Positions 13,501 to 28,500 of a stretch of 64,000 nucleotides of DNA are shown one piece after another. The translations under genes were made by a program, and so were the position numbers. Positions within the stretch are counted from its first letter, which is position 1, and every line of letters starts with the position of its first letter. This stretch comes from Bugula neritina (taxonomy: Eukaryota; Animalia; Bryozoa), in contig OZ037766.1 in the NCBI GenBank assembly GCA_964035545.1, positions 16,916,722 through 16,980,721 of the forward strand, written 5' to 3'. Under the pieces are notes generated by a model, which had not been told where the DNA came from, made no database searches, and saw only the letters and a program-made list of their open reading frames with translations.

Positions 13501-16500
13501 AATCAATAAAATGTAAAATACCAGCTTAGCAATACAGTTATTATTCAAAGCAAAAATCACTAAACAATCAGACTGGTGGTTTGTGTGATTCAATACCAAA
13601 TTCATTTATTATTTTGCAAATATGTAACCAACTAAAGAAATGGCTGGAAATCTGCAGGTTTTACATAGTCTGTAATAAAAAGCACAAGATGCATTTACTA
13701 TTCTGAGACTCTGCATCGCTGACAATAAAGGATAGTCAGGTCTAAACCAGCAACAAGGAAAAAGCGAAACCAACTAAAAGCTACGCTACATATTTTATTT
13801 AAAGATCAAGTCTAAATGCCATCAGAATAGCTACAAAACATGCTCCAAAGTTATCAAAACTACAAAATAATTACTGCAGGAGGAATTCAAAACATAAAAA
13901 CTATTTTAGTTATTTAAATCTTAAACAACAAAATTTAAATAGTAGTTAATTATATACAAGGTGTAAGACTAAATACCTACTAATTTAATTAATTATTTCT
14001 ATCAAGTTCATTCAATTAAAAGTTAACACAAACCTCCAGCTTGAAAGAAGTGAAGTTAAGTAGATTGCCAGTATTGTGCATGCTACTTGCTAATTTCACA
14101 AAGTCAATACAAACTTAAACAGATTAAACAAGTTGCTTTTCACATTGAGAGCTCAGTAGTGAATGTCACGGTATAGTGATGTGCAATCAGAAGGCTTCTG
14201 GCTCAACAGTAAATCTAACCACAAAACACGAATACTGTGAAGCGACATAAGGAGGGGGCATAAGTAGCAGCTGTTCTTTTTTATCTGTTTACAAACATAA
14301 AACTAATGGTTATGGGTTCTTTATCTCTTTACACTTTATCTAGCCTAGTACAACTGCCAAGACTTAAATAATTAGCTATATGTACAAGAGATACTTTGAT
14401 TCGGATTGATGCAGGAGATATCCTATGCTATACGAGATTGATGACTTGAGATATAACAAGCTGATTGATTACCCAGCTCAGCTAAAAATACCTTCTCAGG
14501 GCTATAACAATCTGAATCCACATTAATACAACTGATGTGGGACTTAAAACAACTTAATCTACCATATCTCACGTAAATGTATTGTAAGTATTTAACTGCA
14601 GAGGAAAACTTGTAATCTACAGGGCATCTGCAACTAGCAGTTCTTATTACCTCTTGACATGAGATGGTGGCCATAGAAACTGATAAGTTCACAGAATACT
14701 CTGCATGTCAGGCCGCCATGGCAAAGTCGTAAGTCATTGGAAAAATCTCCAGTGCGGTTAGTGGAGAATGCCAGTATTGACAGTGAAATGCAATGGATTA
14801 TTAATGTGTCAATCATATAAAACAATTATTGTAGATAAGTATTAGTATAAACACTGAACCATCTCCCATTGTTTCAAAGCTTAATTCCCCATCCAAGTCA
14901 TAAAAAATTCGTATTTGTTTAGAAAAGCCAATAAGAAGTTTAGGGATCAATATTTTGAAATACAGTGAAACATTACATCAGGCTTGGGCTTTAGCATGGT
15001 GCTTTCAGCCTAAGCAAAAAGAGTCTGGCCTATAATATTTAAGCAACTTCTGAAAATTTTCAAGTTCCATGAGCAGATGCATTTACTTACAATGACCTTA
15101 TAAACAAGAGGTCAAGTATTTTGGGCTAATTAAATAGTTATTGAAAATCTGCCAGCATTGATGGGGTAATTTTGTGAAGTGGATGCCACAAAACTGTTAA
15201 AGTGTCACTTACTTTCTAATGCAACTGAATATTGGCGGAAATCTAAACTACCTATTTAGGGTCAGCTGAACTTATACTTAAATAGTCATTGGTTATGTCA
15301 TACAGCAAATCAAGATGTCTTTGAGTCCAGAATTTTTTTGTGTCCATGACTAGTGCATAGCAACCTTTTTAGCTGATAAACAACTGTTTAAAATTTATTT
15401 TCAGTGATAAAAATTATTTAAAATTTGTGCAGATTTGCAATTTTAAAACTATTTAAAACTGCAATGTTGCTATCCTATATAAAGTTATAGCAAATGCTTA
15501 AGTGAGAACGATGGATTTTATATAACCGAAAAATAAAACTTTAAAAGTAAGAAAAGGTGCTGAAGTGTCTGAAATTCAAATTGTCACTTAATCATACAGG
15601 CAACATGCATGCAATTTCAGTAAGCCTTATTATAATATAGTTTTAGTGTTGAAAATGAATAACTTTACTTATTCACTATGTTTCCATGGTTCACTATTAA
15701 TTTATCATTAGATCAGTGAAAACATGGCCATTTAAATGAATCGACAAACTACATAGGCGAAAATTCTTTTGATAAACTTGTTCATATAAACTCACCAGTC
15801 TTACTCATTAGATGTATGAGAACAAGTCAAACAAAATCTTTTGAAACCAACAGTTACAAAATGTAAACAGTACTTATGACCATCTCTTACGTTATAACCT
15901 ACTGCTGAAGTGCAGCTCAGCTCATAGCAAATAACTCATGTAGTTATTTTATTTATCCGGGCAGCTCGAATCTAAATAATTCTTCTGTAGACCAAGACAT
16001 TACAAGGCTTAAAATAAATTGACAGATTGTTTTATTTTGAGAATTGCCAGTCACCTTTTAATTTTATGCATCTTTAAATAACTTAAGCTGTTATTAGCTT
16101 ATTATATTTGTTTAAGTTTATAAGAAAAAAGTACAATTTTGAGCTTTTTCAGTCTTAAAAATTAAATTTAGCAAAAGCCAAGGCAGAGTGAATGAAGTGA
16201 AAAACTGTCGAGTATTAATTGAAACTGATCCAACGTAGACCATGTTTATTTGCATCTTGGGGTAACAGCAAGGATGCATGTGCTAATGATTTGGCTGACT
16301 AATTTGGAGTTGCCTTTTTGAGAGGAGAAAACTCTTCCCACTCAATGTAATCCTAACCATGGACATTAACGATGGTGTGAGACCTTTCTGTTTTCACAGT
16401 CATGTTTTTAATTAGTAATTTGCACATGTTTAGTTATCTGCATAGAGTTGGAGCCGAGTGCCATTCTGAAGTCAGAGAAATTATGGGTAAACTGGTGTTG

Positions 16501-19500
16501 TAGATTTTGGCCACACTTTGTTTCAGTGAAAATGAGGAACTTCTTTAATTGGCTAGTTTTTAATGCATTTTATCTGCAATTTTAAGATGTGAAAAATGTT
16601 TCATATTGGAATTTCTTGCTGAATGGAAAAGGTACTTAACCTTTGAAAATATTTCATTAAAATTTTTTAATAATTTAAAGGCATAAATTTGTCGCTGGCT
16701 TTATAATAGTAATTTACTCTAGGCTGAAGTGTCCACTGTAGTATCATTCAAATGCTCATTAGCAAAACTTACTTCTTTAATAAAGGTCAATGGCAGCTAT
16801 AAGAGAGACTAGAAGTAGTTATATTACTAGTTACAGCCTACCCACAGCCTACAAGATAGAATGTAATGTAATTTCTACATGATGAACTCTAAAAGCTACA
16901 GTTTCACCATGTTGTCAATAAAATTAACTATCACTCTATCAGTATTTCTTTACTGCTACATTTTGCTTTATTTCAAACGAATCAAGTACGGCTTGATAAG
17001 GTAGCATTTATTATAAGTAATGTGGCTGTTTTAAAGGCTATCTGAGAAGGAGTGCATGAGTTGAACAACTCTTTCGAAATTACATAATTATTATTTAGGT
17101 GCAAATATGATGGGACAGTTTCTCTGAGGTATACACACCATCACTCTGTATCTCAATCTGATTAAACAGATGTTTTGTAATGATAATCATAATAGTAGCT
17201 GCAGCACAGCTGGTGATTGATTATATTAATTGAAGCAACCAGCTGCCTTGTGTCCTGAATGCGAGAAATTACACCCTGCGTCAGCAACGTGATGAACCAT
17301 TTCAGCACTGAGACACCTAATTGCCTCATTTCCAGCAGTACCAACCATGCAATGACAGGGTTGGTGTGTCAACAGCAATCGATTGTAGATGTTAGCAAAT
17401 ATTCCAATACCAAAAGTAACTGTTGGTATTGGATTGTTTCATAAAACGAGTGCAATCCCAAGGATGTCTATTGCAAAAACACCTAAAATAATTTTTTGAT
17501 TTGGAAAAATCTTTTGACCTACAAAATTTCTTACCAATAAGTGCCTACTGGCCATATGTTTTGAGTTTTCCTGATTTGTATCCTTTGAGTGAGACAGCAC
17601 CATTAGACTGCTTGTCTTTCTGAGATTGTAACTCCGTATTTGAAACTGTTGCTGCTGAAAGTGCAGCTGCGGGTTGACTAGAAAGCTATCATCCAGCCAG
17701 TTGTCAGAGTGGTGGGAGCAGAGATTCGCTACAGATTTATGGTGCTGTGAAGCACTAAGCTTTCTCATGATTTCCTCCCTTTTCTTTCACTACTTTTCAC
17801 CCAACCTAACTAACTGCTGCTGAGCCTGAACTTTCAAGGTAAAATAATGACCTTGCAGTGTTGACTCAGTATATAAAAGCCAGTGCTAAGCCTAGTCTCA
17901 TCAAATAGGCGTGTTGACTGTTTTCAATTCAACTATTGTTGATGGGAAAATTTAATCCAATGCTGATAACGAATGCCCCTGGCTTGGCCCATCCCAGTGA
18001 TCCAATGAATTCAAATTGAACAACGCGTTGTAGCAGGTAATAATTTCCTTTACAATGATAGTCAGATGTTATGCATGAATCACCACCATTCACAACAATT
18101 GGTTGATGTCGCGCAACACAGTAATGTTACTAAGTTGTGTAATGAAATCATATTAGCTACTGTTGCAGACCAATGCTTTAATAATGCTTGCACACCTTTA
18201 AATTGTTTATAGCAGAGTTTGTGACAAGCTGGTGACATGGAAGCTATGAAAAATTAGAAAAATTTTTATTTAAGATAAACTTAATAATTGCCCAAGGAAG
18301 AAATTGGCTTGTCGTTTGTTCTTATACTTAATTCAAATCGACCAGAATCTTTGAATTTATTGTAGCTGCATGTAACATGTTAAAGTATATTATATTATAT
18401 TAATATAACTAATTGTATAGATCCATTTAGCTAAGTCAACATCACTCATCCAACTATTTTCTGTCTAGCTATGTTTTAAATTATTATTTTTATGGAAGTG
18501 TGGGTGTATGCAACAATAGCTCATAAATCCAAGAGGTCTCTGATTTGAAATCGTGCAACTTTTAAATATGCTTGGGTAAAAACATGATTATTTTTACATG
18601 GTTTAATTGGTTATAAACTGCAGAATTGCTACTGTACACAGGTTGAGTTGTATCAAATTAAACTGTTAGATATTCTGCTTTGAACTCTAGTGTGCAGATT
18701 ACTCCAAATAGATGTAAGTACAATTGACCAGTTAATACTAGCGGTACAAATTGGCAAAAAAGTGAAGCATTATGAGTGAGACGGTAGCAATCATTTTAGA
18801 ATTCAATAGTAATAGGTGGCACTGAGAAGAGTGAAAAGATATCTTTGAGCTTTGGTCAATGCCCAATGAGACTCAATCAACAAAAATTACAAGTTCTTTG
18901 TCAACTTCGTCCCCTCTCGCCTCTGGCTACTTTCCAGCCTTTTTAAAGGTGTCATCCCACATAGACGTTTCCCAGTTAAACGCTATTTTTGAAATATGTG
19001 TATATTTAAATAAACTTGGAACAATTGTTTGTTATCTAGCACATAAATAAACTCCTGTGATCTGCATTAACTTGATAGTTTTGCACATTCTGTACTTTTT
19101 GTTTGAAAAAATACTTCCTTAATAAGTATTCATTAAAAATAATGTCTATTATTAATGTATTACTGTCTTTTGCCTCACATAAATCCGTGAAAAGTGGACT
19201 ATTATTCCAGATACTTTATATTAGCTATTATAGCCATTAGCATATTAGCTATTTAGCATTCAATACAACAGTTATTTATATTATCATGGTACCAAAATAA
19301 AAAATAGCTTAAAATGCAATGTTATAGTTCACAACATCTCACTGCATGTCATGTCATAATAGAATAACCTTTGGGAATATTCATTGGGAAAAACAACTCT
19401 AAACTACAAAATTCTAATGGTAGAGGGGACAACTACCAGATTTTTTTCAATATTAAACTGAAAAGACAACTCTGAGTCATGGACAGTTTTAAAACTTTTT

Positions 19501-22500
19501 AAATCTAGTAATTTATATTGAAAAAGAATCCTGATATTGATATAAATCTTGTAAATAATTTAATATACAACTTTCACCATTCAATTTATTCAACTACACA
19601 ATATAAATAAAAAAGTTAACAAACTTACTTGAGAGAGAAAGCCACTCAAAGGCATGAGTTTAGGAGGGGATGACTCCTGAACTAGGTCTTCGTAAGTGGC
19701 ATAGTCTTCATCTTTGCTGTATTTTCGTGTGGGTATGGAGGGGATACTCGTTACGACTGAACCTGAGTCTATACTTGTACGTCTAGTGCTATCAGCTTGC
19801 AGTTTAGATTTGCTATCTTTCTTATCTTTATAAATATCCTGGTAGTCTTTTTTATTTGAACGGGAGTTGTCTCTCTTGTAATATTTTGAGCTGTATTCTT
19901 GTGAAGCTCTTCTGCCCATCCTTGGCACCATTGCATAGTTTTTGCTATTTAACCAGTTGGATGTGTCTGCATCTTTCGCCTCTACTACAGCGGAAGACGT
20001 GTTAGATGGATATAGTGACGAGTAGTTTGAGGTTCCATAGTTGGATGAGTAGAATGAAGTTGTCTTCTCACTAGAGTCTACATCTGCCTGTGAGTTTTTA
20101 CGGGATTTTTCCATATTTGCTATAGATTTGTAGCCTGCCTTAGTTGGATAATAACCTAAAAATACACATGTTGTACAAGAATAATTTGAGGTAGGCTAGT
20201 ATCTTCAAAACTTCAAGTTGCTAGCAAAAAGAGTTACAGGAATGTAGGCTATTGAACTTATTTAAATACTGCAGTTGCAACTTCTGATTAATAGTTTTAT
20301 GTAAAAAATATGCCACTGCCTACTAATATTTAAACAAATATTATATTTTCCTGTCATCAGAGCATCCTAAAACTAGGGCTAAATGGAGCAGAATTTTCAA
20401 CACAGTTGAAAACCATGCGTGGGAGTTATCTGTGGTTAAATGTAGTTGCCAATGGCTTCACTTCGGGTTATAAATTATACATTTTATTTTGAAATCGCAC
20501 CCTACATTGATTTAAAACTAAAGCACGAAAGTGGAGTCCCTAAATAGTGATCAGCCAGTTAGATCAACTGTAGTAATAGATCAGCACTTTGACAGCATAA
20601 TATCTACACACAAAATTGCGGATATTCACTTCATGGCCATAGCCTAATCTTACTAGTTACTAACTTCGCTCCATTCCAATAGGCCTCCGGTTTCCTGTAG
20701 CAGAGACACTGCATGCAATAGGCTAATATATTATTATAGTTGAATGTTGAATAGTTTAATTGTTCTAACACCAGCATACTTAGCAAAGATTCATTAAAAT
20801 TGTTGGGGTAAAGAAGTAATGCCCTTAATATTAATGCAGTTTTTGAGCAGGAAAACTAAATTCCCACAAACTGCCCCTAACTACATGAGGTGGAGCTAGA
20901 CAAATTTTAAACCTGTTCATTCCTGGTGATGCAATTTTGCAAAAATTTCCATATTCTGAATAAGATTTGCATAAAATTTGGAGTAAAACTGCTTAGTGGT
21001 GGAAAGCAATTACTTTCTATAAGTAAAATGTGCAACAAACAAGGTATTTGTAATGGTACATTCTGCATGGGTGAGCACAAAGTATGGTCAATTTTCTCTG
21101 TAGTTTATCCTTAATGTTCAACACAAAGCATGCCGCTTTATTGTATTATGAGTCAGAGGCCTCCCACATGTCCCGTTATTATTTTAATGGTATGGAAATA
21201 GTCTATACTAGCAACCCTTTGGAATAATAGAAACAAATTGCAATGAGATCCTTGCAAGCAAAGACCATGCTATGATAAAAAAAAGGTAAGCAAGATCAGC
21301 TGCTTGCAATAATCAATTAAAAAATTTTCACTTTGGGTTCAAATAACTATTAATTTAATGATTTTCTTTAATAAACTAGAGGGACTACACATTTCTAGAG
21401 CTCTGTCTGTGTGTTGAGACAAGCTGCACGTGATATAAACTCATTTGACAAAAGTAATACTGAGAGCTGTATGTCAACAGAATAAAGCACCTGCAGAAGC
21501 TGTCCCTGGGATCTAAATAAATAGTTACTGTGAAAACTTAACAAAAGAAAAGCACTTGAAGCACATCTCCTTCTCAATGTGCAAGTGTCACATAGTATCA
21601 TGCTGAATGCATTCCCTGGAAAATTTCATGTAGGAATTTGCAATAACAACAAACAATGCTGTTAGTTCTCAAAAGAAAACCACTAACACAGTCTAGCTTT
21701 TGGAAAAGTTAGCATAAACTTAGTGATAAAATATTAATAAATGAACTCAAGACACAAAGCTCACATATGTTGAATGCAGCAAACTGTTTCTTATAATAAA
21801 ATAAGTTTTTTTCTTTTTTTATAAGTTAGTGACAGAAACTGTCTTATCGACAAGCAAGATGGTCTGTTACTAACTTAATTATACATCAGATATAATACAG
21901 AACTTTTACAAGTATCAGATCTCAGAAATTACGAGGCACAGTACCAAACTTTTGATAGCAACATGTTGAATTTCACTATGTATTCAATGTATTCAACTAT
22001 TCTAGGTTGAATGATCTAAAACGGCTGCTGCTAGCCTACATATTATTTTTATACTGGTTAGTTACACCTGACACAACTCCATTATACATAACTTTATATA
22101 ATACGACACAGCTTTGCTATGACATAACTACAAAAATAAAACTTAGCAGCTAAAAACTACTACACATATTTTACTTTTATATAACGAGATATTCGCTGAA
22201 TTATAAATTGGTTATTATAGTGAATTATTAGTCATAAGTTGTGAGGTATTAGTATATTATTTTAATGAATATTGCATATATAATATACCTAGTTATATTA
22301 TTTTTATTAAAATGAAGTAAAAGTATGATCTATAATCATAATAAGAGAGCAAATATAATCAAAACTTAGAATGATTACTTACTATTGACTGAACGAAACA
22401 ATTTTCAATGCTATTAGAAATTAAGGTTTTCCTCCAAAGGCTTGGACTCTGGTTCAACTCAGACAGTTTTAAGATATTGTACAATATTAGATGTAAACCC

Positions 22501-25500
22501 AATAACAGAAAATTTATAAAAGTTCAGAACTGACTGCCAGTTCCTAACTGCAAACAACTAGTTGCATGTTTGAAGTAATAAAACTTCTAGCTTCAGAAAT
22601 TACAGGAATAATAAAGACAAAATGCCCTAAGGCCTAAACCATCTATCTAATCTAGCTTATAGAATTTTCCTAGTAGGCCACATTAACTGTAGCTAAATGA
22701 GGTCAAGTAGAATTAAATGTGACTGGTAATGTTATTGTAGAATAGTTTGTCTAAATGTCCATTCTGTTGGCTTTCATGCACTGCGTTTCCATTATCGCAT
22801 TATGCGAATGGATTTTTTTCATTCGGCTAATGGAAACAGTTACATCGGATGAAACCGCAACTATATAAGGTAATGCAAACCACAAACCACAAATAATCCG
22901 TACGAAGCATTCATTCGCATTATGCGCAGTCATGGAAACGCAGTGATGGCTAAAAACAGCAGTTGTATATACCCATACCTGCCATTGATATGCGATTGCA
23001 GTGAATTTATCTCAACTATAATTCAGTTTTCTAGGAGAATTCTCTCAAGGTAAAAGAGAGTTCAACTAAAAGATTTTATCAACCTCAAAAATGAAAAAAT
23101 TAAAGTTCTAGTGAGAATTTAGTAAAATATTATATCTACTTGCAAACTTTTTGTCAAGTCCATTAAGCTCTGAGATGCAGATTTCTTAGCATTCAATTTT
23201 GAGTTTTATTACTTTAATTCACAACTCTTCAAGTCATAAAAATATCTCAAGATCGACTGTCACTTTAAAACCCTACAATTCTGAAGAAGTAGAATGGTCA
23301 ACTACAAGTCTAATGAGTGTCAGAATTATGTAGAATTTTAGACTTTAAATATAATTTTAAAATCTTTTAAATATGCAAGTTATTTTCAGTAAAGTGAACA
23401 CTAAGGTGAACTTAAAAGACCTTTATAATGAAGTTTGAGAAATTATTGACCTGCAATGATAAGTTATTAATTACTTAGTATCTTTCTGCACTTGAATTAT
23501 GTTTCTTAACACATATATAAATCTTGGAGTCTTCATAAATCTATAAGTGATTATCTTTAATAGCAGGCTCTGGATACTATTTGAAGATGCAAAAAACTTG
23601 TAAAAAAGTCACTTGAATATCATAAGAGCGAGTGAATATTGTGTCGAGTTGCAGAGGTATATAGGTGCAGTAATGGAGAAATTGAGAAAGGCCTGTGTTC
23701 TAGATAAAAATGTAGAAAAAGAAGTAATGTCCTCAAAAAATTTCAACCAATGCTCCAAACCAGTAGTGGTAGGAGTAGTAGCAGTATAGCTGTATGTCAT
23801 ACTTGACTGTGTGAAGTGTTTTGTTTGATATTAAAATTAAAATGATTTCACTTCCACAGGTACTAGTATCTACTAGGATGTGAAATCTGCATGCATTTAA
23901 GCCACGTAGCTAAATCAACCAGCCTACAATTATTTTCTTTACATTTTTATTATTAGCTTTTAAGCTGTGCTTGCGTGTGTTGTGCGTGTGTGTTGTGCGT
24001 GTGTGTTGTGCGTGTGTGTTGTGCGTGTGTGTTGTGCGTGTGTGTTGTGCGTGTGTGTTGTGCGTGTGTGTTGTGCGTGTGTGTTGTGCGTGTGTGTGTT
24101 GTGCGTGTGTGTGTTGTGCGTGTGTGTGTTGTGCGTGTGTGTGTTGTGCGTGTGTGTGTTGTGCGTGTGTGTGTTGTGCGTGTGTGTGTTGTGCGTGTGT
24201 GTGTGTTGTGCGTGTGTGTGTGTTGTGCGTGTGTGTGTGTTGTGCGTGTGTGTGTGTTGTGCGTGTGTGTGTGTGTGTGTTGTGTGTGTGTTGTGTGTGT
24301 GTTGTGTGTGTTGTGTGTGTGTGTTGTGTGTGTGTTGTGTGTGTTGTGTGTGTGTTGTGTTGTGTGTGTGTGTTGTGTTGTGTGTTGTGTTGTGTGTTGT
24401 GTGTGTGTGTTGTGTTGTGTGTGTGTGTGTTGTGTGTGTTGTGTTGTGTGTGTGTTGTGTTGTGTGTGTGTTGTGTGTGTGTGTTGTGTGTGTTGTGTGT
24501 GTGTTGTGGGAGTGTTATAAAGTTGAGCTGTCGAATGTATCAGAGGACAAGTAAGACAAATAAGAGTCACTAGACTACCAATACATGAAATTCATCATTA
24601 GGAATAAACTTAGTTTTGTCTTCCACTTTCTCATGTGTCTTGGATAAAGCTACTATGGAGTATCCTACTGTTTTGCTATTCTTAAGATAGCTTCATTAAT
24701 CAAGACTTCAGAAGGATTAACCAGTGTCAAACCGTGTCTTCAATTTGATTCATGCATATATCTATATATACAGAGCTGGGCTCCTTTCAACATGGTTTTG
24801 CCATTAAAGAGTTAACAAGATGCTATATTAAGGCAGTCTTGGATTTTAGATAGTAGTAGATATACTTTTTCAAATAAAGGTCAGAAGCTGAAGAAATTTT
24901 CTTTAAAGTTTAAAAAATGCATTGCATAAAGTTTCAGGGAGTTCAGGATATTTGTATGTAACCAAGATCTGAAGAGCTAGGACTGATCACTATCTTGTTT
25001 TCATTACAGGTAGGTCAAAGGCTGTTACATACTTATGAAAAAGTAGTTGAAAAGGAGGGGAATGGACCACACTTCATGAGTACAAATTCTAATGACAATT
25101 GGACGAAATTAAATTGCTTGTTTGAAAAAAATTTCCGATGACTGAACGCTATTTTGTAACAGATGATATAAACTACAAGTGTGAGCTACAGGATTATTCC
25201 AACTTACAGCTTCCCTCTAATCTTTTAAATGAGATTTTTTGGTAATGATGGTTAATTTTAGTCTTTAGAGTGGTTTCTCTTGAGAATTTACAGATCAAAA
25301 GGTGGGAGCACATTTCTAAATCTGCAGATTGGTAGAGCAGAGTTTGAGAAAGTATGCATATTTACCTTTTAGTTAGACAACAATTAAAAAAACTGTTACC
25401 ACAAAATGATGTGTTAATTAATTTTTTTCAATTTTCGACATTAGGTAAGAAAGATTATGTTCATTATCCCATTCCTAAGCCCTTAATCCAAAGACAGCGG

Positions 25501-28500
25501 TGTCTATAAGTTATTTCATGCTATATAAAAGTAAGGTTCTCTTACTAGGCAAAGTACTTTTGATAAAAGTTGGCAAGGCTTCTGTTGTGCCTTGAATTAG
25601 ATAGATGCCTGGTCAGAAAGTTTAGTTAAATAGAATTTGGATAAGGAGATTCAATCTGATAAAGTAAGCTGGTCTCAATTCAGCTATATAAAAAAATGTA
25701 AGAAATCATAACAACTTCGTAACCAGAGCATACACATTTGGGTTGAAATAATAGACAACAGTGAGAGTAACCTAAATCTTTGCAAGACTACCAGTTACCA
25801 TGTTACCAGCAAGGTGAGAGGTGCAGCCCAAAAACCTCAATATTCTAAGTCTCATAGGAAACAAATGAGAGTCCTAAAATATGAGAAAGTAAGTTGCTTT
25901 AAACTTGGAAACGTACAGAGGTTTATCTTCAATTACAGCCTAATAAAAGTTTGGAGATATTTTTTCATTTCTTGCAAAAGAATGTGGGAACTTATTTTCT
26001 TTCAAACATAATTTCTTAGCAGACTAGAAGTTGGAAGCTGGTAGCTTAAATAGCTAGCGACAAATACCGTATAACATATACTGTTCAGAATAGCCACTGA
26101 TTTGACATTACTAGAATACATTAATAGGGAAGTTGATGAATATATTTCAAATTTCAATCAATGCATATCAAATTTTCCAATAATGATCACATCACATTAG
26201 CAATGAATGGCATAAGAACACACCAGACTATATAATTATGTTAGGTTGAAAAGAACTTGCATGATGAATTGTACAAGTGGCCATACATATTTCATTGAGC
26301 TGTTTAATAGATGAGCTTTATTTAGACCCTTGATCATTCATCTGGGACAAGATTTCCCTAGATTATCAAAATATAAATGCAGGATGTAGTTACTGATTAA
26401 ATTTTTGAGGCCTTCGAAAAGTGATGCAAGGACATCTAATAAGGGTAATGTCTCTCGCTCAACTAAAGACCAGATGCCCGATCAAACCTTTATCAGATGG
26501 GTAATGCATCTCCCAAGTAATTGCCTCCCCTTATGCAAGCAGATAAAACCCTCAAGTAACGAAAAAATACCCATACTAGAGATGAATCTCGGTCCAAACT
26601 AGTTGCAGTCAACCTGAGACCAACACACAGTAAAGTTTACTGCGCAAACATGCTGGCTCATTTGAAAATCGAAATCATTTACAACTGTCTCTCATCAGCA
26701 TAAAATGTAACTCAAGTAGACCATGGTTTTTACCAGTTTTCATGAATTCTAAAACAGTGGCTCTAAATGTCTTGCACTCGAATACAGGCCAATCCATCAG
26801 CAGCTGTTAGTAAACTATTTGGTATGAGAGGACATGGAAGTCCTCACTATTCATATCCAGCACACAGTGCATCAAGAGAAGGACAATGAAAAGTCTAGTG
26901 CCAACTCTTTGTATAAAAAATGCAGCCGCCTTAAGCATCTACAATTGTTGGACCGAGAGCAAAAGTTCTGTTATAGTACAATTCTTACTAAATTTAAAAG
27001 GGGGTCTGAATTAAAGAGTGTTTATTATATCTACTATTCTAATGGTTATACCTTATAAATACCATTCAATGAAAACAATAAAATTGTCCTATAACACATT
27101 ACTGAAAAAACTCTTGGTTACTTTGTGTATTTGTGAATACCACAGCAATATAGTTACTTACAAAACATTTTTTCTAGCTAGTAAACTCCTATACCTTTAC
27201 TCTTAGCATTTTGAGTTATTGAAATACTAAAAATTATAGTTTGAGAACCCTAGCTGTCCTAAGTAAGTTTATTTGGTAACAAAGATCTATAAAAGCAAAT
27301 ACATGCTTTATATGTTTCTCACCTTTGGTTAGAATTAAAATTAAGTCAATGCTTCAAGTTAAAACTAAAAGGTCTATTTATGCCTGAACAAACAATAACT
27401 GTTAGACTATAAGGAAACAGATAGGGGAACTAACTACTCGAGTAAATTTACTCATGATCACTCAGTTGATAATTTGAATAGCAAAAATGTTGTACAGAGT
27501 CAAACTGAAAAGCAATAAAAATGGTCAGCAGACAAAACTCAATTAAGCATAATCATTAAATGTTAATTAGATATAATACAATGACTATGAGCTTTTGGAG
27601 AGGACAATTAACAGCGAGTCAGCAAAAGAGAGCCAAGTTCTACACTTACCAAGTATTTTGTAATACTCCATGGTGATAGTTTAGTCCAGACCTATGACTC
27701 ACTATTTGGCTGACTATAATAGGCTGACCAGTAACAACAGCTGATGTGACTACTATTAGAAATTGTACGTGCTGAAATACTGTAAACCACTCCAGTCACC
27801 TTGCTAAGTAATCCTCTAGTACAGCAAGGCTAAAAATGCAATAGCTAATCCTTTGCAATGCAGACAAACTTAAACCTTGCCTATTATAATAACTCCTTCT
27901 GTCAAAGTAACCGCAATACAAACTCTAGAGCCAGCTCATGGCAATAAATCAACTTGACAGTCTGTAATATGAAGGAATTGTCCCAGGCCATTAATAGCCC
28001 ATCAACTGAGCAGAAAACGCTTATTTTTGTCCAAAATTATGTGGTTGCTTTGACACCACCCTTTTTTGTTATCAACACAGGAGGACATAAACGCGTTGTT
28101 AGCTCAGTTGACCTAGTGGTAGCTCTACTGCTACTGCTGTACTGTATAGCTTCATACATTCCTCACCAAGTCTAATCTAGAATCAGCATGAACTTACAGA
28201 CTAATTAGAGACTAGCACTATAAACACTCAATATAATAAATGTGGATAAGAGTTTGGATAGACATGTCAACAGTGTAATGATATGCAGTGAGGTTTCAAC
28301 TACTTACATTCTAATTTGCTTAGTATAAATCTAATGCCTAACTTTTGGCTTGTGTATAAATATTATTTAATTACTCTATTTGTTAGTAATAGTCGCTATT
28401 ATCTAAATCTTTATGTAGTGTTTGTTTTTAGTATCAAATTTGGAGGATTGAATCAAATGCTGAGATTTCACACTGATCAATCAATGTTTGTCAGCTTTTC

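Noticed and set aside
23953-24573. Four overlapping 181-205 aa Cys/Val or His/Thr ORFs
   Set aside because: Artefacts of the (GT)n repeat.
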